A stretch of 64,000 nucleotides of DNA from an uncultured Gemmatimonadaceae bacterium (GTDB taxonomy: Bacteria; Gemmatimonadota; Gemmatimonadetes; Gemmatimonadales; Gemmatimonadaceae), in contig CAVVTZ010000012.1 of assembly GCA_963751275.1 (NCBI GenBank), forward strand, positions 64,831 to 128,830. Reading direction: 5' to 3'. Every line of letters starts with the position of its first letter. The stretch's first letter is position 1. Shown piece by piece: positions 20,608-29,188 of the stretch. The notes under the pieces are model-generated. The model saw only the letters and a program-made list of their open reading frames with translations, did not search any database and was not told where the DNA came from. A program made the position numbers and the translations under genes.

Positions 20608-21480
20608 GTGGCTGAGTTCGGCGTCCAGCCGCCCGGCTACCGGCTGCCGCCGGAGACCCACGTCGGGCGCGTGCGGCTGCAGGTCGGCGACCTCGACCGC
20701 TCGCTCGCGTATTACGTCGGCCTGCTCGGTTTCAAAGTGCTGGAGCGCGCGCCGGGACGCGCCGAGTTGGGCGTGGACACCCCGCTCATCGAGCTGCACG
20801 AACTCAAGGGCGCGCGCCGCGTGCCCCGCCGCGGGCGCCACGGCCTCTTCCACTTCGCCATCCTGCTGCCCGACCGCGCGTCGCTTGGCCGGATCCTGGC
20901 GCGGCTCGAGTCGGCGGGGATCCAGGTCGGCTCGGCGGACCACGCGGTGAGCGAGGCGCTGTACCTCACCGATCCCGACGGGCTCGGCATCGAGATCTAC
21001 GTCGACCGTCCGCGCGCCGAGTGGCAGCGCCGCGGCGCGGAACTGCACATGGTCACCGAGCCACTCGACATCGATTCGCTCATGCGGGCGGCGGGGAGCG
21101 AGCCGTGGAGCGGAATGCCCAAGGGCACCGTGATCGGCCACGCGCACCTGCACGTGGAGCAGCTCGAGAGCGCGCTCGCGTTCTATCACAATGCGCTGGG
21201 CCTCGATCTCATCGTGTGGAGTTATCCGGGCGCGATCTTCCTCTCGGCGGGTGGGTATCACCACCACCTTGGCGCGAACACGTGGGCGGGGGCGGGCGCG
21301 ACTTCGCCGGCGGGGGATGAGGCGCAGCTGCTGGACTGGGAATTACTGCTGCCGGGGTCGCTGAACGACGTTTCGGCGAGCTTGGAGAGTGCGGGGCACA
21401 AGATCGAGCGATTGCCCGCCGGTGGGGTTCGAGTCAAGGATCCATCGGGGACGCACGTCAGGATCGTTTCAAAGGGCTAA
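20608..21480 (+). CDS. VOC family protein, CatE-like
   Basis: GLFHFAILLP, ADHAVSEALYLTDPDG.GIEIY, GHAHL, AGGYHHHLGANTW. Confidence 0.9.
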   Translation: MAEFGVQPPGYRLPPETHVGRVRLQVGDLDRSLAYYVGLLGFKVLERAPGRAELGVDTPLIELHELKGARRVPRRGRHGLFHFAILLPDRASLGRILARLESAGIQVGSADHAVSEALYLTDPDGLGIEIYVDRPRAEWQRRGAELHMVTEPLDIDSLMRAAGSEPWSGMPKGTVIGHAHLHVEQLESALAFYHNALGLDLIVWSYPGAIFLSAGGYHHHLGANTWAGAGATSPAGDEAQLLDWELLLPGSLNDVSASLESAGHKIERLPAGGVRVKDPSGTHVRIVSKG

Positions 21481-21481
21481 C

Positions 21482-21505
21482 GGCAGACGTCGACTGGCGA
21501 CTGAC
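21482..21505 (+). repeat. Left arm of split CGACTG-heptamer inverted repeat
   Basis: GGCAGACGTCGACTGGCGACTG; inverted partner at 23578-23608. Confidence 0.75.
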
Positions 21506-21540
21506 GATTGACGCCTGCAACAACTATTCCGGTACCGGTT

Positions 21541-22503
21541 ATGCGCGCTGGGATCATTGTGGGGCTGACGATTATTTCGGCCGGCTCCGTCTCAGGGCAG
21601 GCGGCGATCGCGTGTGTGCAGAAGGCGACGGCGCCAGCGGGTGGAGATACGGCGGTGAAGGTGGCGGCGCTGATGGCGTCGGGGCATGCGTTGGTCGCGA
21701 AGAGGGAATTCGCCGTCGCGGCGGACTCGTTCAAGAAGGCGAGCGAGCTCGATCCGAAGAGCGCCGAGGCGTTCCTCTGGTACGGGAATGCGCTCGGGCA
21801 GGCGGCGGCGACCGCGTCGTCGTTCAAGCAGGCGTTCATGGCGCCCAAGATGAAACATGCGTGGGAGCGCGCGGTGCAGCTCGACAGCTGCAACGTGGCG
21901 GCGCGCGAGAGCCTCGTGCAGTTCTACGAGCAGGCGCCGGGGATCATGGGCGGCAGCATGGACAAAGCGCGCGCGGAATTGGCGGAGATCAAGGCGATCG
22001 ATCCGTACCGCGGTGAGATCCAGACCGGCAATCTCGCGCAGCGCGAGAAGGACCTCGCCGGCGCCGCGGCGGCGTACGAATCCGCATCGAAGATGCCGGG
22101 CGATTCCACCGGGCGCGCGTGGGGGAGCTGGGTGTTCGTGCTGGAAGAACAGGCGAATTTCACGGCGGCGTTCGCGGCCGTCGATGCGCGATTGGCGAAG
22201 CAGCCCGGCGATCTCGTTGCGCTCACGTTGCTCGGCCGCGGCGCCGCAATGTCGGGGCAGCGGCTGCCCGAGGGGCTCGCCGCGCTGCGAACGGTGATGG
22301 CCGATTCCGCGGAGGCGGCGTCGCCGCGGAATGGATTCCGGATCTCGGCGGCGGGGCTGCACTACCGAATGGCGATGATCCTCGCCCTCCAAGCCGATAG
22401 CGCGGCGGCGCTGGCTGAATACAGGCAAGCGGCAGCGCTCGCGCCGAAGGACAAGAGTATCAACGAAGCGGCGGAGAAGTTCGAGAAGGCTGCGAAACAC
22501 TAA
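21541..22503 (+). CDS. Exported TPR protein
   Basis: Signal peptide; TPR-like helices; APGIMGGSMDKA motif. Confidence 0.8.
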   Translation: MRAGIIVGLTIISAGSVSGQAAIACVQKATAPAGGDTAVKVAALMASGHALVAKREFAVAADSFKKASELDPKSAEAFLWYGNALGQAAATASSFKQAFMAPKMKHAWERAVQLDSCNVAARESLVQFYEQAPGIMGGSMDKARAELAEIKAIDPYRGEIQTGNLAQREKDLAGAAAAYESASKMPGDSTGRAWGSWVFVLEEQANFTAAFAAVDARLAKQPGDLVALTLLGRGAAMSGQRLPEGLAALRTVMADSAEAASPRNGFRISAAGLHYRMAMILALQADSAAALAEYRQAAALAPKDKSINEAAEKFEKAAKH

Positions 22504-22505
22504 GA

Positions 22506-23555
22506 ATGACGATCGCTGGCCTCGGTGCTCATGTTTCGGCGCTCGTTATTTGCTGCGCAGTTCTTTCGGCGAACGCAACGGTTGCAGATGCGCAGCTCAG
22601 CGGTAGAGTGGTGAGCGGCGATTCCCCTGTGAACGAAGCTCAGGTGGAGCTCTGGTCCGCGACCACCCGCATCGCGCAGCGGGTGAGCGGACCCGACGGC
22701 ACCTTTCGCTTCAGCGAAACGGAGCGCGGGTCGGCGATCGCAATCTTGACGCGCCGCATCGGGTTCGTGCCTCAACGCGTCCGGCTCGACGCCACGACCG
22801 GAGAAGTCGAGATCCATCTAACGGTGCTCATGACTGTTCTGCCGCAGGTACAAGTGAGCGGGAGCGTCATCGCATGCCCGAACTCTCCTTCGAGCAATGC
22901 GCGGGCGATATGGGAGAAGCTGCGGTCGAGGTATGCCGACGGCACGGGCCTCGCGCGCGGCTCGGAATACCTTGCTTGGAGCGGCGTAGTGAGCCGCGGG
23001 CACTTCGGTGAGATCGACCTCGGGCACCTCAAGCCAGGATCCCGAGCAATGAGTGCGACCGGTATCGCTATGACGCAGAAGTTGATCGAGCAGCTCGGCT
23101 ATGTCTGGCCCGCGCACACCATTGGCTCCGGCGAGGACTACGGGATCTGGCAATATCCGCCGCTCGAGGCGGACTACTCACAGCATTTCGTGGAGTCGTC
23201 GTTCGGGGCTCGACACTCGCTAAGTCTGCTCAAGGACGAGGGCGCCGGGAGCACCATCGCATTCTGCCCGGCGGATCGAAAGAAGAGTGGCCTCGAGGGT
23301 ACGCTAAGCATTGACGCGGACGGAGATCCAGTGCGAGCGCAGTGGCGCTACTGGAATCCCACGCGCCAAGCGGAAGAGTCAGGAGGTGAAGTCAGCTTCG
23401 CACCGCGCGATCCCAGAAGTGCGGCACCGGTCCTGCTAGCAGCCAATGGCATGTTCTGGCGCCGGCTCAGATCGGGAGACTATTGGGAGCGCTGGCAGGA
23501 ATATTCAGGCTGGACGATCCAACGAGGCGACTCGCTTCTCGAGCAGAAGCGTTAG
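22506..23555 (+). CDS. Exported protein with N-terminal carboxypeptidase-regulatory-like domain
   Basis: AQLSGRVV..P...AQV, DGTFRF, RRIGFVP; visibly more A/T-ending codons than neighbours. Confidence 0.7.
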   Translation: MTIAGLGAHVSALVICCAVLSANATVADAQLSGRVVSGDSPVNEAQVELWSATTRIAQRVSGPDGTFRFSETERGSAIAILTRRIGFVPQRVRLDATTGEVEIHLTVLMTVLPQVQVSGSVIACPNSPSSNARAIWEKLRSRYADGTGLARGSEYLAWSGVVSRGHFGEIDLGHLKPGSRAMSATGIAMTQKLIEQLGYVWPAHTIGSGEDYGIWQYPPLEADYSQHFVESSFGARHSLSLLKDEGAGSTIAFCPADRKKSGLEGTLSIDADGDPVRAQWRYWNPTRQAEESGGEVSFAPRDPRSAAPVLLAANGMFWRRLRSGDYWERWQEYSGWTIQRGDSLLEQKR

Positions 23556-23577
23556 GGGAGCACCCGCCGTTGCACGC

Positions 23578-23608
23578 GACAGTCGCCAGTCGACAGTCGA
23601 CGTCTGCC
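23578..23608 (-). repeat. Right arm of split CGACTG-heptamer inverted repeat
   Basis: Reverse complement reads GGCAGACGTCGACTGTCGACTGGCGACTGTC. Confidence 0.75.
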
Positions 23609-23610
23609 TT

Positions 23611-23985
23611 TCAGTCGCCGGTCGGGACGATCTCCTTTCCTTCCACCATGAGCATGACCGTCCGCTGCGGCGCGCGGGTCCGGTGCGTCACGCCTCTCGG
23701 GATCACGAATCCTTGCTGCGGCATGAGTTCCACCGTGCGCCCCTCGAGATCGATGATGAGCTTCCCTTCCACCACGTAGAAGAATTCGTCGAGGTCGTCG
23801 TGCTGGTGCCAATGGTATTCGCCCTGCACGATCCCCACGCGCACCACCGAATCGTTCACGGCGCAGAGGGTCTGATTGAACCACGGATGCGTGACCGTCG
23901 CGGCGACCTTCTTCAGGTCGATCACCTCGAGCGGGCCGTGGGCGATGTCGAGGCGCGTCTCGTACGGGAAGTCCGGCTTACCCAT
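23611..23985 (-). CDS. Cupin domain protein
   Basis: GEYHWHQH...DEFFYVVEG, IPRGVTHR. Confidence 0.9.
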   Translation of the reverse strand: MGKPDFPYETRLDIAHGPLEVIDLKKVAATVTHPWFNQTLCAVNDSVVRVGIVQGEYHWHQHDDLDEFFYVVEGKLIIDLEGRTVELMPQQGFVIPRGVTHRTRAPQRTVMLMVEGKEIVPTGD

Positions 23986-24409
23986 TCTTGAGTCCCTCTT
24001 TGGTGAAGAGCGGGCCGATGGCGCTCCCTTCGGCGACCGCCTTGAGCCGGTAGAGCAGCGCGCCCCACGCCGAATTGCAGGAGACGAAGTACGGCGTCGC
24101 CTCGCGCCAGCCTTCGTGGATGAATCGCACCTCGGTCTTGTCGCCGCGCGTGGCCAGGTGGAACACGATGCGCGTGGCCGCCCATTCCTTTCCGGTCTCG
24201 CAGAGCCACGACGCGGTGGCCGGCGGCACGAAGGTCAGCGAGCGGAGACGGTAGACGCTCGCGCGATTGAAGAAGGCGAGCTCGACGCCGGCATCCATGG
24301 GCTGCGCGTCCTCCGCCCACCACTTGGCGAGGCCCTCGACGGTGGAGACGAGCGGGTAGATCACACGCGGCGCGGCGGAGATCTCAATGCTGTGGAGTAA
24401 TTCGGGCAT
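23978..24409 (-). CDS. SRPBCC/AHSA1-like protein
   Basis: HSIEI.A, GLAKWW, EW..TRIVF, FIHEGW, CNSAWG..L.RLK. Confidence 0.85.
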   Translation of the reverse strand: MPELLHSIEISAAPRVIYPLVSTVEGLAKWWAEDAQPMDAGVELAFFNRASVYRLRSLTFVPPATASWLCETGKEWAATRIVFHLATRGDKTEVRFIHEGWREATPYFVSCNSAWGALLYRLKAVAEGSAIGPLFTKEGLKNG

Positions 24410-24464
24410 CTGACGCCCCCCGTTGGACTGCAATGAACCCTATGTGCGAATGGCGTGGGTGGCA

Positions 24465-24908
24465 ACCCGAACGGCGTGAGGCGCGACCCGAACGCCGTGA
24501 GGCGCGACCCGAATGCCGTGAGGCGTGAGGCGTACGTCGAACTGATCTTGGGGCGTGCGACGCACCCCGAACGCCGTGAGACGCGACCCGAAAACCGTGA
24601 GGCGTGAGGCGTACGTCGAACTGATCTTGGGGCGTGCGACGCACCCCGAACACCGTGAGACGCGACCCGAACGCCGTGATTCGTACCCCGAACGCCTCGA
24701 GGCGTGAGTGCCCTCACGGCGTTCGGGGTGCGTCTCACGCCCCAAGATCAGTTCGACGTACGCCTCACGCCTCACGGTGTTCGGGGTGCGTCTCACGGGG
24801 TTCGGGTCGCGTCTCACGGTGTTCGGGGTGCGCCGCACGCCCCAAAGTCAGTTCGACGTACGCCTCACGCCTCACGGCGTTCGGGGTACGAACAACGGCG
24901 TTCGGGGT
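24465..24908. repeat. About 440-nt composite palindrome R3 (CGTGAGG/CCCGAAC heptamer blocks)
   Basis: Left arm 21-nt ACCCGAACGCCGTGAGGCGCG units plus 2x GTCGAACTGATCTTGGGGCGTG; right arm is the mirror; centre about 24710. Confidence 0.92.
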
Positions 24909-24942
24909 TCCACTGCCGCCCTTCCGGCGTGAGATTCCACCC

Positions 24943-26194
24943 GTGCAAATAGAGTTGCTCACGATCGGCGACGAACTGTTGCTGGGTTTCACCATCGACA
25001 CGAACGCCGCGCACATCGCGCGCGCGCTCGCGGCGCTTGGCATTTCTATCGTCCGCCGCGGCACCGTGGGCGATGATGCCGAAGCGATCGCGACCGCCGT
25101 AAAGGAGGCTCTCGACCGCACCGGCGCCGTGATCACCACCGGCGGACTCGGCCCCACCGCCGATGATCGCACGCGCAATGTGATCGCGGGCGTCTTCGGC
25201 CGCAAGCTCGTGAAGGACGACGCCGTGCTCGCCGCGGTCGAGGCGCGCTTCGGCAAGCTCGGCTCGAAGATGCCCGCGAGCAATGTCAGCCAGGCGATGA
25301 TCCCCGAGGGCGCGCGGATCCTCGTGAACCGCCACGGCACCGCGCCGGGATTGTGGCTCACGGATGATCGCGGACGCTGGTGCGCGATGCTCCCCGGTGT
25401 CCCCCGCGAGATGCGCGGCATGCTCAAGGAAGAATTGATTCCGGTCATCGCCGGGATGGTGGGCGCCGATCCGCCGGTCGTGATGTCGCGCACGGTGCGC
25501 ACCACCGGCATCGGCGAGTCCGCGCTCGCTGAGCTGCTCGGCGAGCTCGGGAAGGGAGTCGATGGGCTGCCGCTCGCCTTCCTGCCCGCGTGGCCGGGGG
25601 TGGACCTCCGGCTCACGAGCGTCGGCCGCCGGGCGCCGGTCGCTGAGGCCGGCTTGACCGCCGCCGCGTCGAAACTTCGCGCGGCCGCGGCTCGCTATGT
25701 GTATGGCGTGGACGACACCGATCTCGCCGCGGTCGTGCTCCAAATGTGCCGCGAGCGCAAACTGCAGATCGCAGTGGCGGAGAGCTGCACCGGCGGACTC
25801 ATCGGCGGCCGGCTCACCGCGATCCCGGGCTCGAGCGAGGTGTTCGTGGGCGGGGTGATCTCGTACTCGGATGTCGTGAAGCAGGAGAAGCTTGGCGTGC
25901 GCGTCGATACGCTGCGCGCGCACGGGGCGGTGAGCGAGCCGGTGGCGCGCGGAGATGGCCGAGGGAGCGTGCCGTGAATTCGGAGTGGAAGTCGGCATTG
26001 CCGTCACCGGCATCGCGGGCCCCACAGGCGGCACGCCGGAGAAACCTGAAGGAACGGTGTGGCTCGCCGTGCGCGTGAATGGCGCGATGCAGACGAGCAG
26101 CCGCCGTTTCGTCGGCGACCGCGAGGAAGTGCGTCAGCGCGCGGCCCAGGCCTCGCTCGATATGGTGCGGCGCGCGCTGTCGCCGCAGATTTAA
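24943..26194 (+). CDS. cinA: CinA (MoCF-binding domain + NMN deamidase PncC); frameshift near 25950
   Basis: IGDELLLG...DTN, VGDD, TTGGLGPTADD, GTAPG, LPGVPREM, AESCTGG, TGIAGPTGG. Confidence 0.93.
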
Positions 26195-26223
26195 CGGAGT
26201 CCTCTTTCTCCACTGTGAATCGC

Positions 26224-26793
26224 ATGTCCAAGAAACACCGCAACCCCGATCCCGAATCCGAAGCTCCGGTCGCCAATGTCTACCCCGCCGCGCCGCAAGC
26301 GGATGGTGTGGACGACGTGCCGGCACCCAGCGCCGAGCGTCTAAGCCCCACCGCTACCGTCGAATCTGCCGTTGACGACAAATACATCCGCCTCGCCGCC
26401 GAATACGAGAATTACCGCAAGCGCACCGCCAAGGAGCGCATGGAGATGTCCGCGCGCGCGCAGGGCGATCTGATCAAGCGGCTGATCGATCCGCTCGACG
26501 ATCTCGCGCGCGTCATCGCGCAGGGGCCCGGCGCGCGCGACGCGAAAACGGTGCTCGATGCCGTCGAGGTGCTGGACAAGAAGATGATGAAGGCGCTCGC
26601 CGATGCCGGACTCGAAGTGCTCAATCCGATGGGCGAGCCGTTCGATCCCGAGAAGCACGAAGCGGTGTCCACCGCGCCCGCGGCGAGCGCGGAGGAGGAC
26701 CATCTCGTCGCGCAGGTCTTCCAGCCCGGGTACGTGTTCCACGGCCAGCTGCTGCGCCCAGCGCGCGTGGTCGTGAAGCAATGGAACGGCTGA
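26224..26793 (+). CDS. grpE: Nucleotide exchange factor GrpE
   Basis: [27 protein letters not shown]....LLRPARVVV. Confidence 0.95.
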   Translation: MSKKHRNPDPESEAPVANVYPAAPQADGVDDVPAPSAERLSPTATVESAVDDKYIRLAAEYENYRKRTAKERMEMSARAQGDLIKRLIDPLDDLARVIAQGPGARDAKTVLDAVEVLDKKMMKALADAGLEVLNPMGEPFDPEKHEAVSTAPAASAEEDHLVAQVFQPGYVFHGQLLRPARVVVKQWNG

Positions 26794-26803
26794 GCGCGTA
26801 GCG

Positions 26804-27931
26804 ATGGCACAGGGCAAGGACTACTACGCGGTGCTGGGCGTGCCCGCCACCGCCCCCGCCGACGAGATCAAGAAGCAGTACCGCCGCCTGGCGAAGAAGC
26901 ATCATCCCGACGCCAACAAGAGCGATCCCAAGGCCGCGGAGAAGTTCAAGGAGATCTCCGAGGCGTACGGCGTCCTCGGCGACGCGAAGAAGCGCGCGCA
27001 ATACGACGAGATGCGCCGCCTCGGCGCGTTCGACGGCTTCGGCTCGGGCGGGCGCGGCGGCCGGCCGGGCGGGGGCGGCGGCCCGCGGCCGCAACCGGGC
27101 CCCACCACGTTCGACGACGTGGACATCGGCGGCTTCGGCGGGCTCGGCGACCTCTTCAGCTCGATGTTCGGCGGCGGGAGCCGCGGCGGCGCGCGCGCGC
27201 GCGGGCCCGAGCGCGGGCAGAGCGTGGAGGTGAACGTCGAGATCCCCTTCCGCACGGCGGCACTCGGCGGATCGGTGCCGATCTCGCTCGAGATGAACGA
27301 GGAATGCGAGACCTGCCACGGCAGCGGCGCGGCGCCCGGCGCGAAGATGAGCACGTGCCCCGAGTGCAGCGGCCGCGGCACGATCTCCTTCGGTCAGGGC
27401 GGCTTCGCCGTGAACCGGCCATGCCCGCGCTGCCTGGGACGCGGTCAGGTGCCGAGCCAGGCATGCCCGACGTGCGGCGGCAGTGGCGAGGTGCGCGCGA
27501 AGAAGACGATCAAGGTGAACGTGCCCGCCGGCGCCGACAGCGGGATGAAGATCAAGCTCTCGGGGCAGGGCGGTCGCGGGAACGCGGGCGGGCCGGCGGG
27601 GGACATGTTCATCACACTCACCGTGCTGCCCGATCGGTTCTACAAGCGCGAGGGGTTGGACTTGATCGCGACCGTGCCGCTGAACATCGCGCAGGCGACG
27701 CTGGGCTCCAAAGTGAGCGTGAAGACGCTGCACGCGAAGAAAGTGACGATCAAGATCCCGCCGGGCACGCCCGCCGGGAAACGGTTCCGCGTAAGAGGGC
27801 AGGGGATCGAGCACAACGGGGCGATGGGGGATCTCATCGTGGAAGTCACGATCGTCGTGCCGGAAAAGCTCTCGCCGGAACAGGAGAAGCTCATGCAAGA
27901 GTTCGCCGCCGCGGGTGGGATGAAATACTGA
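26804..27931 (+). CDS. dnaJ: Chaperone DnaJ
   Basis: DYYAVLG, HPD, G/F region, 4x CxxCxGxG. Confidence 0.97.
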   Translation: MAQGKDYYAVLGVPATAPADEIKKQYRRLAKKHHPDANKSDPKAAEKFKEISEAYGVLGDAKKRAQYDEMRRLGAFDGFGSGGRGGRPGGGGGPRPQPGPTTFDDVDIGGFGGLGDLFSSMFGGGSRGGARARGPERGQSVEVNVEIPFRTAALGGSVPISLEMNEECETCHGSGAAPGAKMSTCPECSGRGTISFGQGGFAVNRPCPRCLGRGQVPSQACPTCGGSGEVRAKKTIKVNVPAGADSGMKIKLSGQGGRGNAGGPAGDMFITLTVLPDRFYKREGLDLIATVPLNIAQATLGSKVSVKTLHAKKVTIKIPPGTPAGKRFRVRGQGIEHNGAMGDLIVEVTIVVPEKLSPEQEKLMQEFAAAGGMKY

Positions 27932-27942
27932 GGGCGGGCGCA

Positions 27943-28100
27943 GCACCCTGAACGCCGTACTTGGTCCCCCGAACTCCGCCATTGGCAACTGAGACGTAGT
28001 CACGGCTCGGGCGTTGCTGGGACCAGATCCGCCCTAGCCGTGACTACGCCTCAGTTGCCAATGGCGGAGTTCGGGGGACCAAGTACGGAGTTCGGGGTGC
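27943..28100. repeat. Palindromic element, CCCGAAC family, copy C
   Basis: CCGTACTTGGTCCCCCGAACTCCGCCATTGGCAACTGAG ... CTCAGTTGCCAATGGCGGAGTTCGGGGGACCAAGTACGG. Confidence 0.92.
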
Positions 28101-28134
28101 TTCTAACGGCGGATCGCGGCTGTAGATTGGGAGT

Positions 28135-29160
28135 ATGGATAGGGCCTCCCGTCACACCGCCGAGCGCCGCATTCCCAACGCGGCTGCCCGCGTGCTCGTC
28201 CTGAAGGACTCGCATGCGCGGAATCCCGGTGTGCCGTTGGACCTCGACATCATTCGCGGCATTCGCGTGAACAAGAGCGCCGTCGAGCGCCGCGCGGCAA
28301 CGATCCCAACGCGCCGCACCGTGAAGAAGGACTGGCAGGCCGCGTGGCTGCTGCGCGCGATCACGCTCATCGATCTCACCACGCTCGCGGGCGACGACAC
28401 GCCGAGCAACGTGCGCCGCCTCTGCGCCAAAGCCCGCGAGCCCGTGCGCGATGACATCCTGAATGCGCTCGGCGCGATGCACCTCGGCATCACCGTCGCG
28501 GCCGTGTGCGTGTATCACGAACTCGTGGGCGTCGCGGTCGCCGCGCTCGCGGGGAGCGACATTCCCGTCGCGGCGGTGTCGGCGGGATTTCCGGCCGGAT
28601 TGAGTCCCTTCGCGACGCGCCTCGCCGAGATCAAGGCGAGCGTCGCGGCGGGCGCGCAGGAGATCGACATCGTGATCACGCGCGCGCACGTGCTCACCGG
28701 CGACTGGAATTCCCTCTACGACGAAGTGCGCGCCTTCCGCGATGCCTGCGGCGACGCGCATCTCAAGGCGATCCTCGCCACCGGCGAGCTCGCGACGCTC
28801 ACGAACGTCGCGCGCGCGAGCCGCGTCGCGATGATGGCGGGCGCCGATTTCATCAAGACGAGCACCGGCAAGGAGAGCGTGAACGCGACGCTCCCCTTCG
28901 GCGTCGTCATGGCGCGGCAGATCCGTGAATACCATGAATCGACCGGCGTCGCGGTGGGCTTCAAGCCGGCGGGCGGCATCCGCACGGCAAAGAATGCTGT
29001 CGACTGGATGATCCTCATGAAGGAAGAACTCGGCGACGAATGGCTGCGGCCGAAGCTGTTCCGGCTCGGCGCGAGCTCGCTGCTCACCGACATCGAACGC
29101 CAGCTCGAGCACGCGTCCACGGGGCGCTACGCCGCCGCGTACCGCATGCCCATGGTCTGA
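28135..29160 (+). CDS. deoC: Deoxyribose-phosphate aldolase (long form)
   Basis: IDLTTL.GDDT, AVCVY, GFPAG, EIDIVI, HLKAIL.TGEL, FIKTSTGK, GFKPAGG, FRLGASSLL. Confidence 0.95.
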   Translation: MDRASRHTAERRIPNAAARVLVLKDSHARNPGVPLDLDIIRGIRVNKSAVERRAATIPTRRTVKKDWQAAWLLRAITLIDLTTLAGDDTPSNVRRLCAKAREPVRDDILNALGAMHLGITVAAVCVYHELVGVAVAALAGSDIPVAAVSAGFPAGLSPFATRLAEIKASVAAGAQEIDIVITRAHVLTGDWNSLYDEVRAFRDACGDAHLKAILATGELATLTNVARASRVAMMAGADFIKTSTGKESVNATLPFGVVMARQIREYHESTGVAVGFKPAGGIRTAKNAVDWMILMKEELGDEWLRPKLFRLGASSLLTDIERQLEHASTGRYAAAYRMPMV

Positions 29161-29188
29161 GCGTGCCACTTCACGGGAGAACGCGCGT

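Noticed and set aside
24465..24908. CRISPR array (also 2670-2811 and 15313-15577)
   Set aside because: Units are in inverted halves, inter-repeat segments are short and similar to each other, only 2 units per run, and no cas genes are present
24361..24952. Repetitive ORFs such as RRTPHASR / RLTAFG (also near 2600-2900 and 15200-15580)
   Set aside because: Translations of the heptamer repeats in several frames and both strands; no independent coding signal
26224..27931. grpE-dnaJ without dnaK or hrcA
   Set aside because: Split chaperone operons are common; no CIRCE element seen; dnaK is presumably elsewhere
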